A stretch of DNA of 64,000 nucleotides from NCBI GenBank assembly GCA_032027045.1, contig JAVSMU010000001.1, positions 2,309,112-2,373,111 on the forward strand. Direction: 5' to 3'. This document shows, one piece after another, positions 1-10,425 of this stretch. This stretch comes from Truepera sp. GTDB taxonomy: Bacteria; Deinococcota; Deinococci; Deinococcales; Trueperaceae. Position numbers and translations under genes: made by a program. Within the stretch, counting starts at the first letter, position 1, and each line of letters opens with the position of its first letter. The notes under the pieces are model-generated. The model did no database searches. It was not told the origin of the DNA and saw only the letters and a list, made by a program, of their open reading frames with translations.

Positions 1-2
1 GA

Positions 3-398
3 ATGTCCTACCTCATGCGAGTCGTATCCCCGGAAGACCTGGTTGCGCGCTACAAATCGCAGGGCATCAGGTTCACAATGGGGTATCCTGCTATCGGACT
101 CGCCGCCTTTGGACAGGTTGGGTTAATCGCGCTTCAGATTGTCGCAGCAATACTATTCGTTGCAGTCGCCGTATTATTGCTCCGTAGCGTGCGTGCCGCT
201 CGAGTCTTGCTGGCGGTTGTCGGTTACAAACTCCTCTTCGAGCTGAACGGGGTGTTCGGCATGGGGAATCTTCATGAGCTGTTGACCCTCAAGACTGCAC
301 TCTACGTAGCGCTTGCGTTTGTCGTTGCTCCACTCACCATTGGGGCACGCGATTTAGCGCGATTCACCAAAGCAACGACCAAGAAATCGCTAATCTAG
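3..398 (+). CDS. small integral membrane protein, function unknown (could be truncated by the window edge)
   Basis: 131-aa ORF with about three hydrophobic helices (e.g. AIGLAAFGQVGLIALQIVAAILFVAVAVLLL). It lies in the lower-GC first 2 kb. No catalytic motif recognised. Confidence 0.4.
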   Translation: MSYLMRVVSPEDLVARYKSQGIRFTMGYPAIGLAAFGQVGLIALQIVAAILFVAVAVLLLRSVRAARVLLAVVGYKLLFELNGVFGMGNLHELLTLKTALYVALAFVVAPLTIGARDLARFTKATTKKSLI

Positions 399-420
399 TG
401 TCCCTCACCTTCCAGTTACC

Positions 421-1995
421 GTGATGCGAGGGGCCAAGGCGGTATCAAGGCACCTTATTAGATATCTGCTCTTTGGCTGTCTTACAGCGGTTGGTTTCTG
501 GAGCGCCGCAAGTTTCCTGCTGAATTACTACGCCCTTTCTGGATCCCCACAGCGGGTCAAAGAGATCTCTATCGGTTTCGGTGGAGTGACGCATCTGCTT
601 AAAGGCGCGGTCGGTGCCACTCGTACTTGGCAAGTAGAAAAGCCAGCCGAAGCCACCATTTCTTTCGCTGCGAGGCTTGACGAACAGACGGCTGCTCCGC
701 GCTGGGAACTCGCACCAAGTATCGAGTCTCCTGCTGGTACCGCAAGAAAGCTTGCTTTGAGCCCCGATGGTAAGTTGATGCTGGAGGGTCCTTCAAACGA
801 GGTTGCCCGATACTTGATCGTTCTTGGTGCGCCGCTGGCAGGTCGCCATTTCCGAGCAAGCTTCGACGTTGAACCCGGGGGAGACGACACGCCAGTTGTC
901 GGTACCGTTGCTCTCAGCTCACAGGACGGCCGCGACAAAAGCAGTACCAACTTCCGTGTCACAGAAGCCGAAGCCCTCGTTTCAACCTGGAGTGCGCCGC
1001 CAAACCTGGATGGTTACGTATTGGTCGTGACGCTCAGCAATCTCGGTGGATATGGCTCCATCGGCTCACCGGCAATACAAGAACAGCTGGACGGCAGTTG
1101 GGCTCAACCTACGCTTGCCACCATAGCAATCGACGCACAGGCTCACAAACAGGCCATTGTGGTAGACGGCGAATGGAACGTGTATAGAACGGAAGGCATC
1201 TGGCTGGACGGGAAGCAGCTGTCTGCACGATTGACATTGGGTTCTGGTAACCGAGTCCTCATTCGTGATTTCAATGCGACTGAGACCAAGAGCGACCACG
1301 CACTCCGCATACTGCCAACCAAGTCAAGGGTGTCACTACTGGGAATCCACCCGAACCTACTCGCGCACAGCGTGGTTAGCGTGTTTGGAGCTTTACTCTT
1401 TATCGGGGGCCCGCTTTGGCTAAGCGTCGCCTCTACTGTTCTGGCTTTTGTCGCGCTTGGTATGTTTGGTAGTAGAATCGCACTCATCGCCGCCGCAATT
1501 GCCTTGATGTACTTCGGCACCATTTCTTGGCGAAGACATAAGGTCGCGATATTCTTTTCCCTAGTGTCCATCTCTTTGGTAGCCGTCGTGGCTATCGGAT
1601 TTGCCAGCAGTTTCCAGCGGGAGCCAGAAGTTGGCGTAGTCAGCCGGCCCGAGATCTGGAGGGTCGCATGGCAAGGGTTTACGGCTAACTTCCCTAACGG
1701 TATTCAGACGAGCTTCTCCGATTACTGGGCGGACAAGGCTCCAACCCGCCCACCTATATCCCACGCACACAATTTCTGGCTTCAACTGTCTGTGAAGTAT
1801 GGCCTCCTCGGCCTACTAGGCTCAGTCGCATTGACAGTTGCGCTGGGGATATTCGCATGGCGAAGGTACCGATGGCGAGGTTTGGGGCTCCTTCTACCCC
1901 TCTACCTGTTGAACGTTTTCGATTACTCATTTTCCTTTGTGGGTGTATACGTACCGCTAGCGCTCGCGCTCTGGATCGGTAAGCGAAGGAGTTAG
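421..1995 (+). CDS. O-antigen ligase/polymerase-like (Wzy_C-type) membrane protein with a large N-terminal extracytoplasmic domain
   Basis: 524 aa. It has an N-terminal TM helix, then ~270 aa with no TM segments, then a multi-TM block. The signature loop ISHAHNFWLQLSVKYGLLGLLG resembles the Wzy_C motif also seen in the next gene ([22 protein letters not shown]). Confidence 0.6.
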   Translation: MMRGAKAVSRHLIRYLLFGCLTAVGFWSAASFLLNYYALSGSPQRVKEISIGFGGVTHLLKGAVGATRTWQVEKPAEATISFAARLDEQTAAPRWELAPSIESPAGTARKLALSPDGKLMLEGPSNEVARYLIVLGAPLAGRHFRASFDVEPGGDDTPVVGTVALSSQDGRDKSSTNFRVTEAEALVSTWSAPPNLDGYVLVVTLSNLGGYGSIGSPAIQEQLDGSWAQPTLATIAIDAQAHKQAIVVDGEWNVYRTEGIWLDGKQLSARLTLGSGNRVLIRDFNATETKSDHALRILPTKSRVSLLGIHPNLLAHSVVSVFGALLFIGGPLWLSVASTVLAFVALGMFGSRIALIAAAIALMYFGTISWRRHKVAIFFSLVSISLVAVVAIGFASSFQREPEVGVVSRPEIWRVAWQGFTANFPNGIQTSFSDYWADKAPTRPPISHAHNFWLQLSVKYGLLGLLGSVALTVALGIFAWRRYRWRGLGLLLPLYLLNVFDYSFSFVGVYVPLALALWIGKRRS

Positions 1996-2109
1996 CACTC
2001 CACCAACCCAAGCCTACTCGCACAGCATTCGCGACGGCCTCATCCACATGCACCACCCGCCTCCAGTGGTCGCCATCCGCTGTCTCTCTCCAGCCACAGT
2101 AGACTCTAG

Positions 2110-5100
2110 GTGATGGCCGCGACGACCCCCAACTTCCGCCGTGGACTCGCCTTCATGGCAGGCCTTGGCATCGCAGCTATCCCGACCGTAGGCCCCTTCC
2201 TCGCCGTCCTCACGCTCTTCGCGGGCCGGTTAGCGTTCCAGCGTGCAGACCTCTGGTGGTGGGTCTCGGCGGCTTTGCTTAGCCTCCCCTTCCTGCTCAC
2301 CGGCCACCCTTGGGACTCACTCCTCACGGTGGCACAAGTACTGGGGGTTTGGCTCATTTTCCGCTCGGCGACGGAGTTCCGCCACAGCGCCAAGAGCAGG
2401 ACCATATCGGAGGACATCGGGGCCGGCTTGGTGGTCGGGCTTGCCATCACCTTGGCCCTTGGGCTGAGGCAGCTTGGGGGCTTCCGTTTTGACGTCGCCA
2501 AGACGGCGCTGGACGCCATAACGTGGAATACGCACCCGGCCGTGTTCGGCCACGCCATCCTGATCTTGGCAGCTTCACTCGCGGTAATAGTGCCATCTCC
2601 ACGACTTCGGGTGCTGGCCCTCGCCATCGGTGCGGTGGGCGTCGTAATTTCGGGTGCGCGCGAGGCCGTCTGGGCTTGGTTGATCATCGCGCTTGGCCTC
2701 CAGTTCGCCGGCAGGCGAGCGCAACGCGGGACCAAGGTGGTGGAGTGGGCGCTCATCGTCACGATGACCTTGCTCGTCACTGGCGTAGCAACTCACTTGG
2801 GTCTGGGCCGTACGGGGTTCCTCACAGCCTACGTACCCGAACTCGACAACCCGAACCTGTTCCGCGGCACGGAGGTGGCCAAAGGCGACTGGTGGTTCCC
2901 CCTAGGCGTCACCTTCGGTAGCCATGAAGAGTTCGTCGACGGCGAGACCCGTTCGGTAATCGACGTGACCAAGACGTCCCCCGAGCCATGGTCGAGGCTC
3001 CAGCAGGCTGTCATCCTTGCTCCGGGCGAGGCCTACACGCTTTCGGCGCTGCTGCGACCATCTCCAGGAGCCACCCCTGGGTTCGACAGCTGGGGACAGG
3101 ACAACAATACGGCCTCCACGGTCACTCTTGGCACGGTCCTGGACGGCGGCACACACCGCGTCACCAGCAGCACGGGGATGAAAGTGATATCCACCGGCGC
3201 CGAGGTCTTGGAAGCAGATTGGGCCAGGGCAAGCGTCACCTTCGAGTATCTGGGCGACCGGCCACTGACCTGGTACGTGGGCGTCGTGCCTGACCGCTCC
3301 AACCTCCTAGGGGTCACCTCGAGCTTCGCGGAGTTGCAGTTGGTTCAGTCGTATTCCGTCATGCCGTACCGGCCGGGTGCGGCCGTTCGAGGTGTCACCG
3401 ATGTTAGGCAATCTCGGTTTCCCATCTGGCGCGACGCTCTCGAAGCGATCCGCTCGAAGCCCATCCTGGGCTGGGGTCCTGAAGGTTTCCCGAAGGCCGT
3501 CCACAGCGCACTCGCCGGCCAGATCCTGCTAAGGCCCGTAGCCGCCCACGCACACAACGCGTTCCTTGCGGTCTGGGTGGACCGTGGCCTAGTCGGCTTG
3601 ATCGGGCTGCTCGGCCTCTTCGGCTTGTTGTTCCTTAGGGCCATCCAGCAACGCGACAGAGGTGCACTCGTGATCCTGGCGGGCATGATCGTGCTCAACC
3701 TCTTCGACTTCACGGTGTTCTCGGGTTCGGTCATATACCCCCTTGCCGCCGTGCTGGGTTGGCGAGCGGCCGGGCACCGGCGCACCGCCGACCATGAGGC
3801 CGGGTCGGGTGGCAACCTCTTCACTCGCATGGGCCTGGCAGCTGCGGATTGGGCCGTGGCAGTTTCGGCGTTCGCCATCGCGTACTTGGCATTGTCAGCC
3901 GCCACGTCGCCCGCTCAACCGGCGAGCAACGACCCGTTCAACGTTCTCTACCTCGCGCTCCTTTGGCCCCTCGCCAACGCTCTCAGTGGCCAGTACCCCG
4001 CTTATGGCCGTCCCAGCTCGGCGGAGTTGCAGTGGAGCGTCGTTGGAGCCGGCGCTGCCGGAATCACGGCTCTCCTGATCGGCGCGGCCTTCCCGGGTCA
4101 GGTACACGTGCCCCTTTCCGTCATTTTTCTCGCCACCGGCATAACCATCATCCTCAGCCCCCTCGGGCGAGGCCTCGCCAAACGAACCCTGTATGCCCTT
4201 CGCATCTGGGGAAGGCCAGTGGTCGTCTTTGGCCATAGGGGGTCCGCCGACGAACTCACCGAGTCCTTGTTGGCCCAACCGCTCCTGGGCCTGCGGCCGG
4301 TTGGACTGGTCGATGCGGATCCAGCCGCATCAATGCCGGCCTCGCTGCGAGCCATAGCCTGGCGTGAACTCTCGCCGGCAGTCGAGCGGCTCTCCAATCA
4401 CTGCATCGTGCAGCCGGGGCAGCAGAACTCGACCATCGTTCAGGCGGTATTGACGTCCGCTGGCCGGAACACCTTCCGCGACATCCAGGTCGTCCCCGAT
4501 TTGCACGACATCCCGAGCTCGGACGTGATCGCTAAACCCCTAGGCAGGTCCCTAAGCCTTCAGGTGCGGAACAACCTCGCATCTCCGGCCAATCGGGCAT
4601 TCAAACGCGGGTTCGACCTGCTCCTAGTGGTGCTAGGGGGGCTCGTGGCGATACCGGTTCTTGTGCTCCTTGCTCTGGCGATTCGGCTCGACTCGAAGGG
4701 ACCCGTCTATTTCAAGCAGCGCAGGATAGGCCGTGACGGGGTGCCCTTCTACGTCTGGAAGTTCCGCAGCATGGTCGCCGACGCACCGGAGCGCCTCGCC
4801 TCACTGCTCGAGAACGACCCGGAGGCACGCCGAGAGTGGGAGGCCACTCAGAAGTTGGTAGATGATCCACGCGTCACGCGCGTGGGGAAGCTGCTCAGGA
4901 AGACGAGCCTGGACGAGCTTCCGCAACTTTGGAACGTCCTCCGTGGAGAGATGAGCCTGGTGGGTCCGCGGCCGATCGTCGACGAGGAGATCGCGAAGTA
5001 CGGTGAGCATTTTCGGTACTACATACAGGTGAGGCCAGGCATGACGGGCGTGTGGCAAGTCTCAGGGAGGTCCGACACCTCATACGACTTCCGCGTTTCT

Positions 5101-5199
5101 CTAGACACCTACTACGTCCGGAACTGGAGCGCCTGGCTCGACATCGATATCCTCGTAAAGACCTTGGCGGTGGTTCTAAAACGCGACGGCGCCTACTAA
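2110..5199 (+). CDS. fusion protein: O-antigen ligase/polymerase-like (Wzy_C) module + WbaP-like polyprenyl-phosphate glycosyl-1-phosphate transferase
   Basis: Uninterrupted 1029-codon frame. The N-terminal half is multi-TM with [25 protein letters not shown]...[23 protein letters not shown]. The C-terminal 455 aa has a TM bundle, a [13 protein letters not shown] linker domain and a Bac_transf core ([14 protein letters not shown]..., [46 protein letters not shown]). Confidence 0.8.
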   Translation: MMAATTPNFRRGLAFMAGLGIAAIPTVGPFLAVLTLFAGRLAFQRADLWWWVSAALLSLPFLLTGHPWDSLLTVAQVLGVWLIFRSATEFRHSAKSRTISEDIGAGLVVGLAITLALGLRQLGGFRFDVAKTALDAITWNTHPAVFGHAILILAASLAVIVPSPRLRVLALAIGAVGVVISGAREAVWAWLIIALGLQFAGRRAQRGTKVVEWALIVTMTLLVTGVATHLGLGRTGFLTAYVPELDNPNLFRGTEVAKGDWWFPLGVTFGSHEEFVDGETRSVIDVTKTSPEPWSRLQQAVILAPGEAYTLSALLRPSPGATPGFDSWGQDNNTASTVTLGTVLDGGTHRVTSSTGMKVISTGAEVLEADWARASVTFEYLGDRPLTWYVGVVPDRSNLLGVTSSFAELQLVQSYSVMPYRPGAAVRGVTDVRQSRFPIWRDALEAIRSKPILGWGPEGFPKAVHSALAGQILLRPVAAHAHNAFLAVWVDRGLVGLIGLLGLFGLLFLRAIQQRDRGALVILAGMIVLNLFDFTVFSGSVIYPLAAVLGWRAAGHRRTADHEAGSGGNLFTRMGLAAADWAVAVSAFAIAYLALSAATSPAQPASNDPFNVLYLALLWPLANALSGQYPAYGRPSSAELQWSVVGAGAAGITALLIGAAFPGQVHVPLSVIFLATGITIILSPLGRGLAKRTLYALRIWGRPVVVFGHRGSADELTESLLAQPLLGLRPVGLVDADPAASMPASLRAIAWRELSPAVERLSNHCIVQPGQQNSTIVQAVLTSAGRNTFRDIQVVPDLHDIPSSDVIAKPLGRSLSLQVRNNLASPANRAFKRGFDLLLVVLGGLVAIPVLVLLALAIRLDSKGPVYFKQRRIGRDGVPFYVWKFRSMVADAPERLASLLENDPEARREWEATQKLVDDPRVTRVGKLLRKTSLDELPQLWNVLRGEMSLVGPRPIVDEEIAKYGEHFRYYIQVRPGMTGVWQVSGRSDTSYDFRVSLDTYYVRNWSAWLDIDILVKTLAVVLKRDGAY

Positions 5200-5221
5200 G
5201 CGTCTCACGGTAAAGTACCCC

Positions 5222-6052
5222 GTGCCCCCCACGCCCCACCAGAACGGCGCCATGCGCGCATTCGGCGCCGTGTCCGCCGTGACGAAGCCGCTCTACTGGC
5301 TGTACGAGCAGAGGCTGCTACGGGCCGTGCGGGCGGCGGAGCATCTGCCCCGGCACATCGGCATCATCATGGACGGTAACCGCCGGTTCGCGCGCGCCGC
5401 GGGGCTAGACGTGAAGGCCGGTCACGACTACGGCGCCGGCAAGGCGCGCGAGGTGCTCGACTGGTGCCTCGAGCTCGGCATCCCGCACGTCACGCTGTGG
5501 GGGTTCAGCACCGAGAACCGCTCCCGTACCATCGAGGAGGTGAGCCACCTCCACCACCTGTTCGCGGAGCAGGCGAGGAGCCTCCTCAACGACGAGCGGC
5601 TGCACGCGAACCACGTGCGCGTGCGCGTCATCGGCGATATCGCCGACTTCCCGGACGAGGCCAAGGCCGCCCTATCCGAGATGGAGGAAGCCACCCGCGA
5701 CTACGACGGCATGCACGTGAACGTGGCCCTGGGTTACGGCGGACGCGAGGAGATCGTCGACGCGGTCAAGCGTCTGGCCGCCGAGGAGGCCGGCCAAGGA
5801 CTGACGCTCGAGGGCCTGGCGGAGTCGCTGACGGCCGAGCAGATCACGCGCCACCTCTACACGGCCGGCCTGCCCGATCCCGACTTCGTCATCCGCACCT
5901 CGGGCGAGGTCCGCCTGTCGGGCTTCCTCTTGTGGCAGACGGCATACAGCGAGTTCTACTTCTGCGACGCCAACTGGCCCGAGTTCCGCAAGGTCGACTT
6001 CCTCCGCGCGGTGAGGTCGTTCCAGGCACGCGAGCGTCGCTTCGGCAAGTGA
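5222..6052 (+). CDS. uppS: isoprenyl transferase / undecaprenyl-diphosphate synthase
   Basis: HIGIIMDGNRRFA motif, ...TLWGFSTENRSR..., IRTSGEVRLSGFLLWQTAYSEFYF and a C-terminal RERRFGK. GTG start lies 6 nt after a TAAAGT box. An alternative ATG is at 5252. Confidence 0.9.
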   Translation: MPPTPHQNGAMRAFGAVSAVTKPLYWLYEQRLLRAVRAAEHLPRHIGIIMDGNRRFARAAGLDVKAGHDYGAGKAREVLDWCLELGIPHVTLWGFSTENRSRTIEEVSHLHHLFAEQARSLLNDERLHANHVRVRVIGDIADFPDEAKAALSEMEEATRDYDGMHVNVALGYGGREEIVDAVKRLAAEEAGQGLTLEGLAESLTAEQITRHLYTAGLPDPDFVIRTSGEVRLSGFLLWQTAYSEFYFCDANWPEFRKVDFLRAVRSFQARERRFGK

Positions 6053-6066
6053 GTCAGGGGGACCGG

Positions 6067-7146
6067 GTGAGCGAAACACCCTTCGTTGCAGTCATCATGG
6101 CCGGCGGCCAGGGCCAGCGGTTCTGGCCGCTCTCGACGGCCGCGCGGCCGAAGCAGTTCCTCGACCTGAGCCATAAGGGACGCACCCTGTTGCAGGCAAC
6201 GTACGACCGGGTGCTGCCGCTGGCCGGAAGCCCAAGCCGCGTCTTGGTAGCCACCGCCGAGCGCTACGTACCGCTGGTGCGTGAGCAACTACCCGAGGTG
6301 CCCGTAGGTAACCTGCTGATCGAGCCCACCCCGCGCGACTCGGGCCCGGCCATCGCCTACGCCTGCCTGAGCATCGAGGACCGCTTCGGCGACGTGGTGG
6401 CGGGGTTCTTCTCCTCCGACCACGAGATTGGCGACGCCGCGGCGTTCCACGCCGTGGCCAAGACGGCGGCGGAGTTGGCGGACGCCAGGCGTGCCCTGGT
6501 GACGATCGGCATCACCCCCACGCGGGCGGCCACGGGGTACGGCTACATCGAGGTGGGTGAGTCCGTCGGCGGGGGGAACCGGGTGGTTCGTTTCGTCGAG
6601 AAGCCCAACCTGCGCACGGCCCAGGCGTACGTCAAGGGCGGCCGCCACCTGTGGAACGCCGGCATCTTCGTCTGGCGCGTCGGCGCCGTGCTGGCCGAAC
6701 TCGACGCGCACGATCCTGAGCTGATGGTCCCGCTGAGGAGCGCCTTCAGCGGCGGACGGGTGGTCGAGGTCTTCCCGACGCTCAAGAAGATCAGCATCGA
6801 CTTCGCTCTCATGGAGCGAACCGACAAGGCGGTGGTCGTGCCCGGCGACTTCGCGTGGGACGACATCGGCGACTGGGTGGCGCTCGAGCGCCTGCTAGTT
6901 CCCGAGGACGGCCCCGGCGGCGCCAACACGGTGGTCGGGCGGCACGTCGGGCTCGACACCTCGCGCAACATCGTCTACACCGACGACCCCGACGACGTGA
7001 TCGTCACCCTGGGCGTTCACGACTTGGTGATCGTCAAGCGCGGCAACGCCGTCCTGCTGGTGCACAAGGACAGGGTCCAGGAACTGAAGACGCTCCTCGC
7101 CGACGAGCGCCTCGCGGAGCTCATCGGTGCCGGCGAGGAGACTTGA
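6067..7146 (+). CDS. mannose-1-phosphate guanylyltransferase (nucleotidyl transferase family)
   Basis: Begins VSETPFVAVIMAGGQGQRFWPLS (G-rich NTP-transferase loop), with later GYGYIE and FVEKP motifs. The track ORF 5464..7146 is over-extended into uppS. GTG 6067 follows GGGGGA. Confidence 0.8.
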   Translation: MSETPFVAVIMAGGQGQRFWPLSTAARPKQFLDLSHKGRTLLQATYDRVLPLAGSPSRVLVATAERYVPLVREQLPEVPVGNLLIEPTPRDSGPAIAYACLSIEDRFGDVVAGFFSSDHEIGDAAAFHAVAKTAAELADARRALVTIGITPTRAATGYGYIEVGESVGGGNRVVRFVEKPNLRTAQAYVKGGRHLWNAGIFVWRVGAVLAELDAHDPELMVPLRSAFSGGRVVEVFPTLKKISIDFALMERTDKAVVVPGDFAWDDIGDWVALERLLVPEDGPGGANTVVGRHVGLDTSRNIVYTDDPDDVIVTLGVHDLVIVKRGNAVLLVHKDRVQELKTLLADERLAELIGAGEET

Positions 7147-7225
7147 GGCCTGCGCGGAGTCCTGGGGCTGGCGCGAGGGCCTTGAACGGCCAGTAATACG
7201 CCCTACAAACCCCCGCGCCCAAGCG

Positions 7226-8794
7226 CTAGAACAGGTCGCCCACCGTAACGGGCGCCTGCGGCTCGACGTACGCCGTGTCCATCTGCGCCAACTGCAGCTT
7301 GCCAGACACGTCGTCGTTCACGCCGTGCCAGTAGGTGTAGCTCTCTATCACCCACATGCCGCTCTCGCGCGTGCCGTTGCCGCTCGCCTTCACGCCGCCG
7401 AACGGCATGTGCGCCTCGGCGCCGTTGGTGGTGTTGTTGATGCTGGTCATGCCCGCTTCGATGTTGTCCTTGAAGGCGAAGGCGAACTCGCGGTCGTTCG
7501 TGTAGATGGCGCTCGAGAGGCCGTAGTCCACGGCGTTGGCGACCTCGATGGCCTCGTCGATGCCGTCGACCTTCACGAGGTTGATGGTGGGCCCGAAGAT
7601 CTCTTCCTGGAACAGCTTCATGCCCGGCTTCACGCCCTCCCACACGGTGGGCCAGCCGAAGATGCCGGTGTTGGGGTCGCCCACGAAGCCGGCCGGCTTG
7701 GAGTCGTCGGTGATGCGCCCCTTGCCGTACAGGAGCGTGGCCCCGTCGGCCTTGCCCCACTCGTACTGCTGCTGCCAGCGCTGGAAGAAGCGCTCGTTGA
7801 TGAAGGGCCCGTAAAGCACGTCCTCGGTCTTGAGGGGATCTCCGATGCGGATGCCCTCGACGGCGGCGAGGAACCGCTTCTTGAACTCGTCGTAGATGGG
7901 AGCGTCGACGATCAGGTTCCCGGCGCTCGTGCAGCGTTGCCCGCCCGTGGCGTAGGCCGAGAAGATGGCGCCCTGAACGGCGTTGTCCAGGTCGGCGTCG
8001 CGCATGATCACCAGTGGGTTCTTGCCACCCAGCTCGAGGGTGGGGCGTTGGAGGTTACGGCCGGCGACCTCGCCCACGTAGCGCCCGACGGCGCTGGAAC
8101 CGGTGAAGGCCAGCTTGTCGACCAAGCCGTCGTCCATCAGCTCGATCATGTACTGCCCGGCCGCGTCCTTGCCGCCGCCGAAAACCACGTTGAACACGCC
8201 CGCGGGAAGGCCCGCGCCCTGCACGATCTTGGCCAGGGCGTAAGCGCAGGCCGGCACGTCCTCGGACGGCTTCCAGACGATGGTGTTGCCCGTGACCAGG
8301 GCCGGGATGATCTTCCAGCTCGGCACCGCGATCGGGAAGTTGCCGGCGGTGACGATGCCCACGACGCCCAGCGGGCGCCGGTAGGTGGTGAGGTCCTTGT
8401 TGGGCATCTCGCTCGGAACGGTCTGACCGTACAGGCGCCGGCCCTCGCTCTGGAAGAAGGAGCACGTGTCTATGGCCTCCTGGACGTCGCCGCGGGCCTC
8501 CTTGAGCGTCTTGCCCATCTCGCGCGTGATGAGGTGAGAAAGCGACTCCTTCTCGCGCTCTATAGCCTGGCCGATGAGGCCGATGATCTGGCCGCGGATG
8601 GGGGCGGGCGTCTTGGCCCACGACTTCGCGGCGGCCTTGGCGGCCCGGGCCGCCTCCTGCACCTGCTCCTTGGTGGCCTCGTAGAAGCTGCCGAGGAGGT
8701 CACTCGTGTTGCTGGAGTTGCGGCTCTCGAAGGTGCGCGTGCCCGTTACCTCGCGCCCTCCGTACAAGTGTGGGTAGGTCTTCTTGCTGCTCAT
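7226..8794 (-). CDS. NAD(P)-dependent aldehyde dehydrogenase family protein
   Basis: ALDH motifs are present: LELGGKNP (catalytic Glu), GGQRCTS (catalytic Cys), FTGSSAVG and EEIFGP. Start trimmed to MSSKKTYPHLYGG (ATG 8794), which lies 7 nt after a TGTAAT box. Confidence 0.85.
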   Translation of the reverse strand: MSSKKTYPHLYGGREVTGTRTFESRNSSNTSDLLGSFYEATKEQVQEAARAAKAAAKSWAKTPAPIRGQIIGLIGQAIEREKESLSHLITREMGKTLKEARGDVQEAIDTCSFFQSEGRRLYGQTVPSEMPNKDLTTYRRPLGVVGIVTAGNFPIAVPSWKIIPALVTGNTIVWKPSEDVPACAYALAKIVQGAGLPAGVFNVVFGGGKDAAGQYMIELMDDGLVDKLAFTGSSAVGRYVGEVAGRNLQRPTLELGGKNPLVIMRDADLDNAVQGAIFSAYATGGQRCTSAGNLIVDAPIYDEFKKRFLAAVEGIRIGDPLKTEDVLYGPFINERFFQRWQQQYEWGKADGATLLYGKGRITDDSKPAGFVGDPNTGIFGWPTVWEGVKPGMKLFQEEIFGPTINLVKVDGIDEAIEVANAVDYGLSSAIYTNDREFAFAFKDNIEAGMTSINNTTNGAEAHMPFGGVKASGNGTRESGMWVIESYTYWHGVNDDVSGKLQLAQMDTAYVEPQAPVTVGDLF

Positions 8795-8861
8795 GAGGTC
8801 ATTACAACACGGGGCCCGCGGCTTCCGGCTTGCGCCCCATACCCCACTAAGGTGCCCGGCG

Positions 8862-9659
8862 CTAACGGCCCTCTTTCCGCAAGAACCAGACGTGCTCACT
8901 GGGCCAGGACGCGGCCCACTCGCCCGAGACAAAGAACCGCGTCTCGCTCACACCATGCGCGGGCCGCGGCTCCTTGAAGCCCTCGACGACGAAACCCGTG
9001 CTCAGGAAAAGCTCGATCCAGGCCTCGAACGTGAGGTTGAACTCGATCCCGCCGGGGTCCTGAGCCGCGTCCGACCAGTCGAAGCAGTGGGCCCCGAAGT
9101 ACGGCCGCTGCAGCTCGCGCACCAGTGCGCTTCCATCGAGCGGCGTGAAGGCCGGCACGAACGGATGGTTGCCGAGGAACCGCAGCAGTCCCCCGGGCTT
9201 GAGGATGCGGTGCGCCTCGGGAAGCCAGACGTACGGGTCGCACCAGATGGCGGCGCCGTACTCGCTGATCGCGAAGTCGAAGGCCGCGTCGGGGAAAGGC
9301 GTCGCCTCGGCGCTCCCCAGCACGAACTCGGTCTCGGCGCCGTGGGCCGCCGCCAGCCTGCGGGCGGTCGCGAGTTGCTCCTCGGAGATGTCGATGCCCG
9401 TCACGGAGGCCCCGAGGCGCGCCATCCAGCCGGACACGTAACCGGTGCCGCAGCCTAGTTCCACGGCGCGCACGCCACCCATGTCGGCCGGCAACAGGCC
9501 AAGGTCGCTGTTGGCAACCGACCAGATGCCCCAGTAAGGCTCGGGGGCGCTCCAGGCGCGCTCGCCCGCCGCCACCCAGTCGGGGGCCCGGTCGTTCCAG
9601 TAGGCGCGGTTCGCCATCACGTGGCCGCCGGTAAGTTCGTCGGTATCGGCAGAGGTCAT
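8862..9659 (-). CDS. class I SAM-dependent methyltransferase
   Basis: Motif I VELGCGTGYVSGWMARLGASVTGIDISEEQL. 265 aa. ATG lies 6 nt after a CATAAT box. Confidence 0.8.
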   Translation of the reverse strand: MTSADTDELTGGHVMANRAYWNDRAPDWVAAGERAWSAPEPYWGIWSVANSDLGLLPADMGGVRAVELGCGTGYVSGWMARLGASVTGIDISEEQLATARRLAAAHGAETEFVLGSAEATPFPDAAFDFAISEYGAAIWCDPYVWLPEAHRILKPGGLLRFLGNHPFVPAFTPLDGSALVRELQRPYFGAHCFDWSDAAQDPGGIEFNLTFEAWIELFLSTGFVVEGFKEPRPAHGVSETRFFVSGEWAASWPSEHVWFLRKEGR

Positions 9660-9705
9660 GCCCGATTATGCCCTCGAGGAGGTCCGGGGTGTGCGCGCTC
9701 ACTAG

Positions 9706-10424
<719 letters not shown>

Positions 10425-10425
<1 letters not shown>

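Noticed and set aside
5464-6066. N-terminal 200 codons of track ORF 5464..7146, and similar long extensions of 9712..10425, 10188..11399, 22716..24947, 27408..29051, 47058..49172 and 60302..61609.
   Set aside because: The extensions overlap the preceding gene or a riboswitch and translate to low-complexity Arg/Pro sequence. Conserved protein cores begin at internal starts that have SD or -10 signals.
7127-8977. Long ORFs lying antisense to, or overlapping, confidently identified genes. Examples: 7127..8977(+), 11372..12460(-), 17132..18847(+), 21390..23096(-), 27321..28778(-), 33943..35307(-), 38740..40047(+), 44837..46534(-), 51205..53103(+), 53964..55835(+), 55899..56873(+), 60596..61711(-).
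   Set aside because: They sit opposite genes with unmistakable family motifs. Their translations are Arg/Gly/Pro/Ala-rich low-complexity strings typical of stop-codon-poor shadow frames in high-GC DNA. None has an RBS or promoter context.
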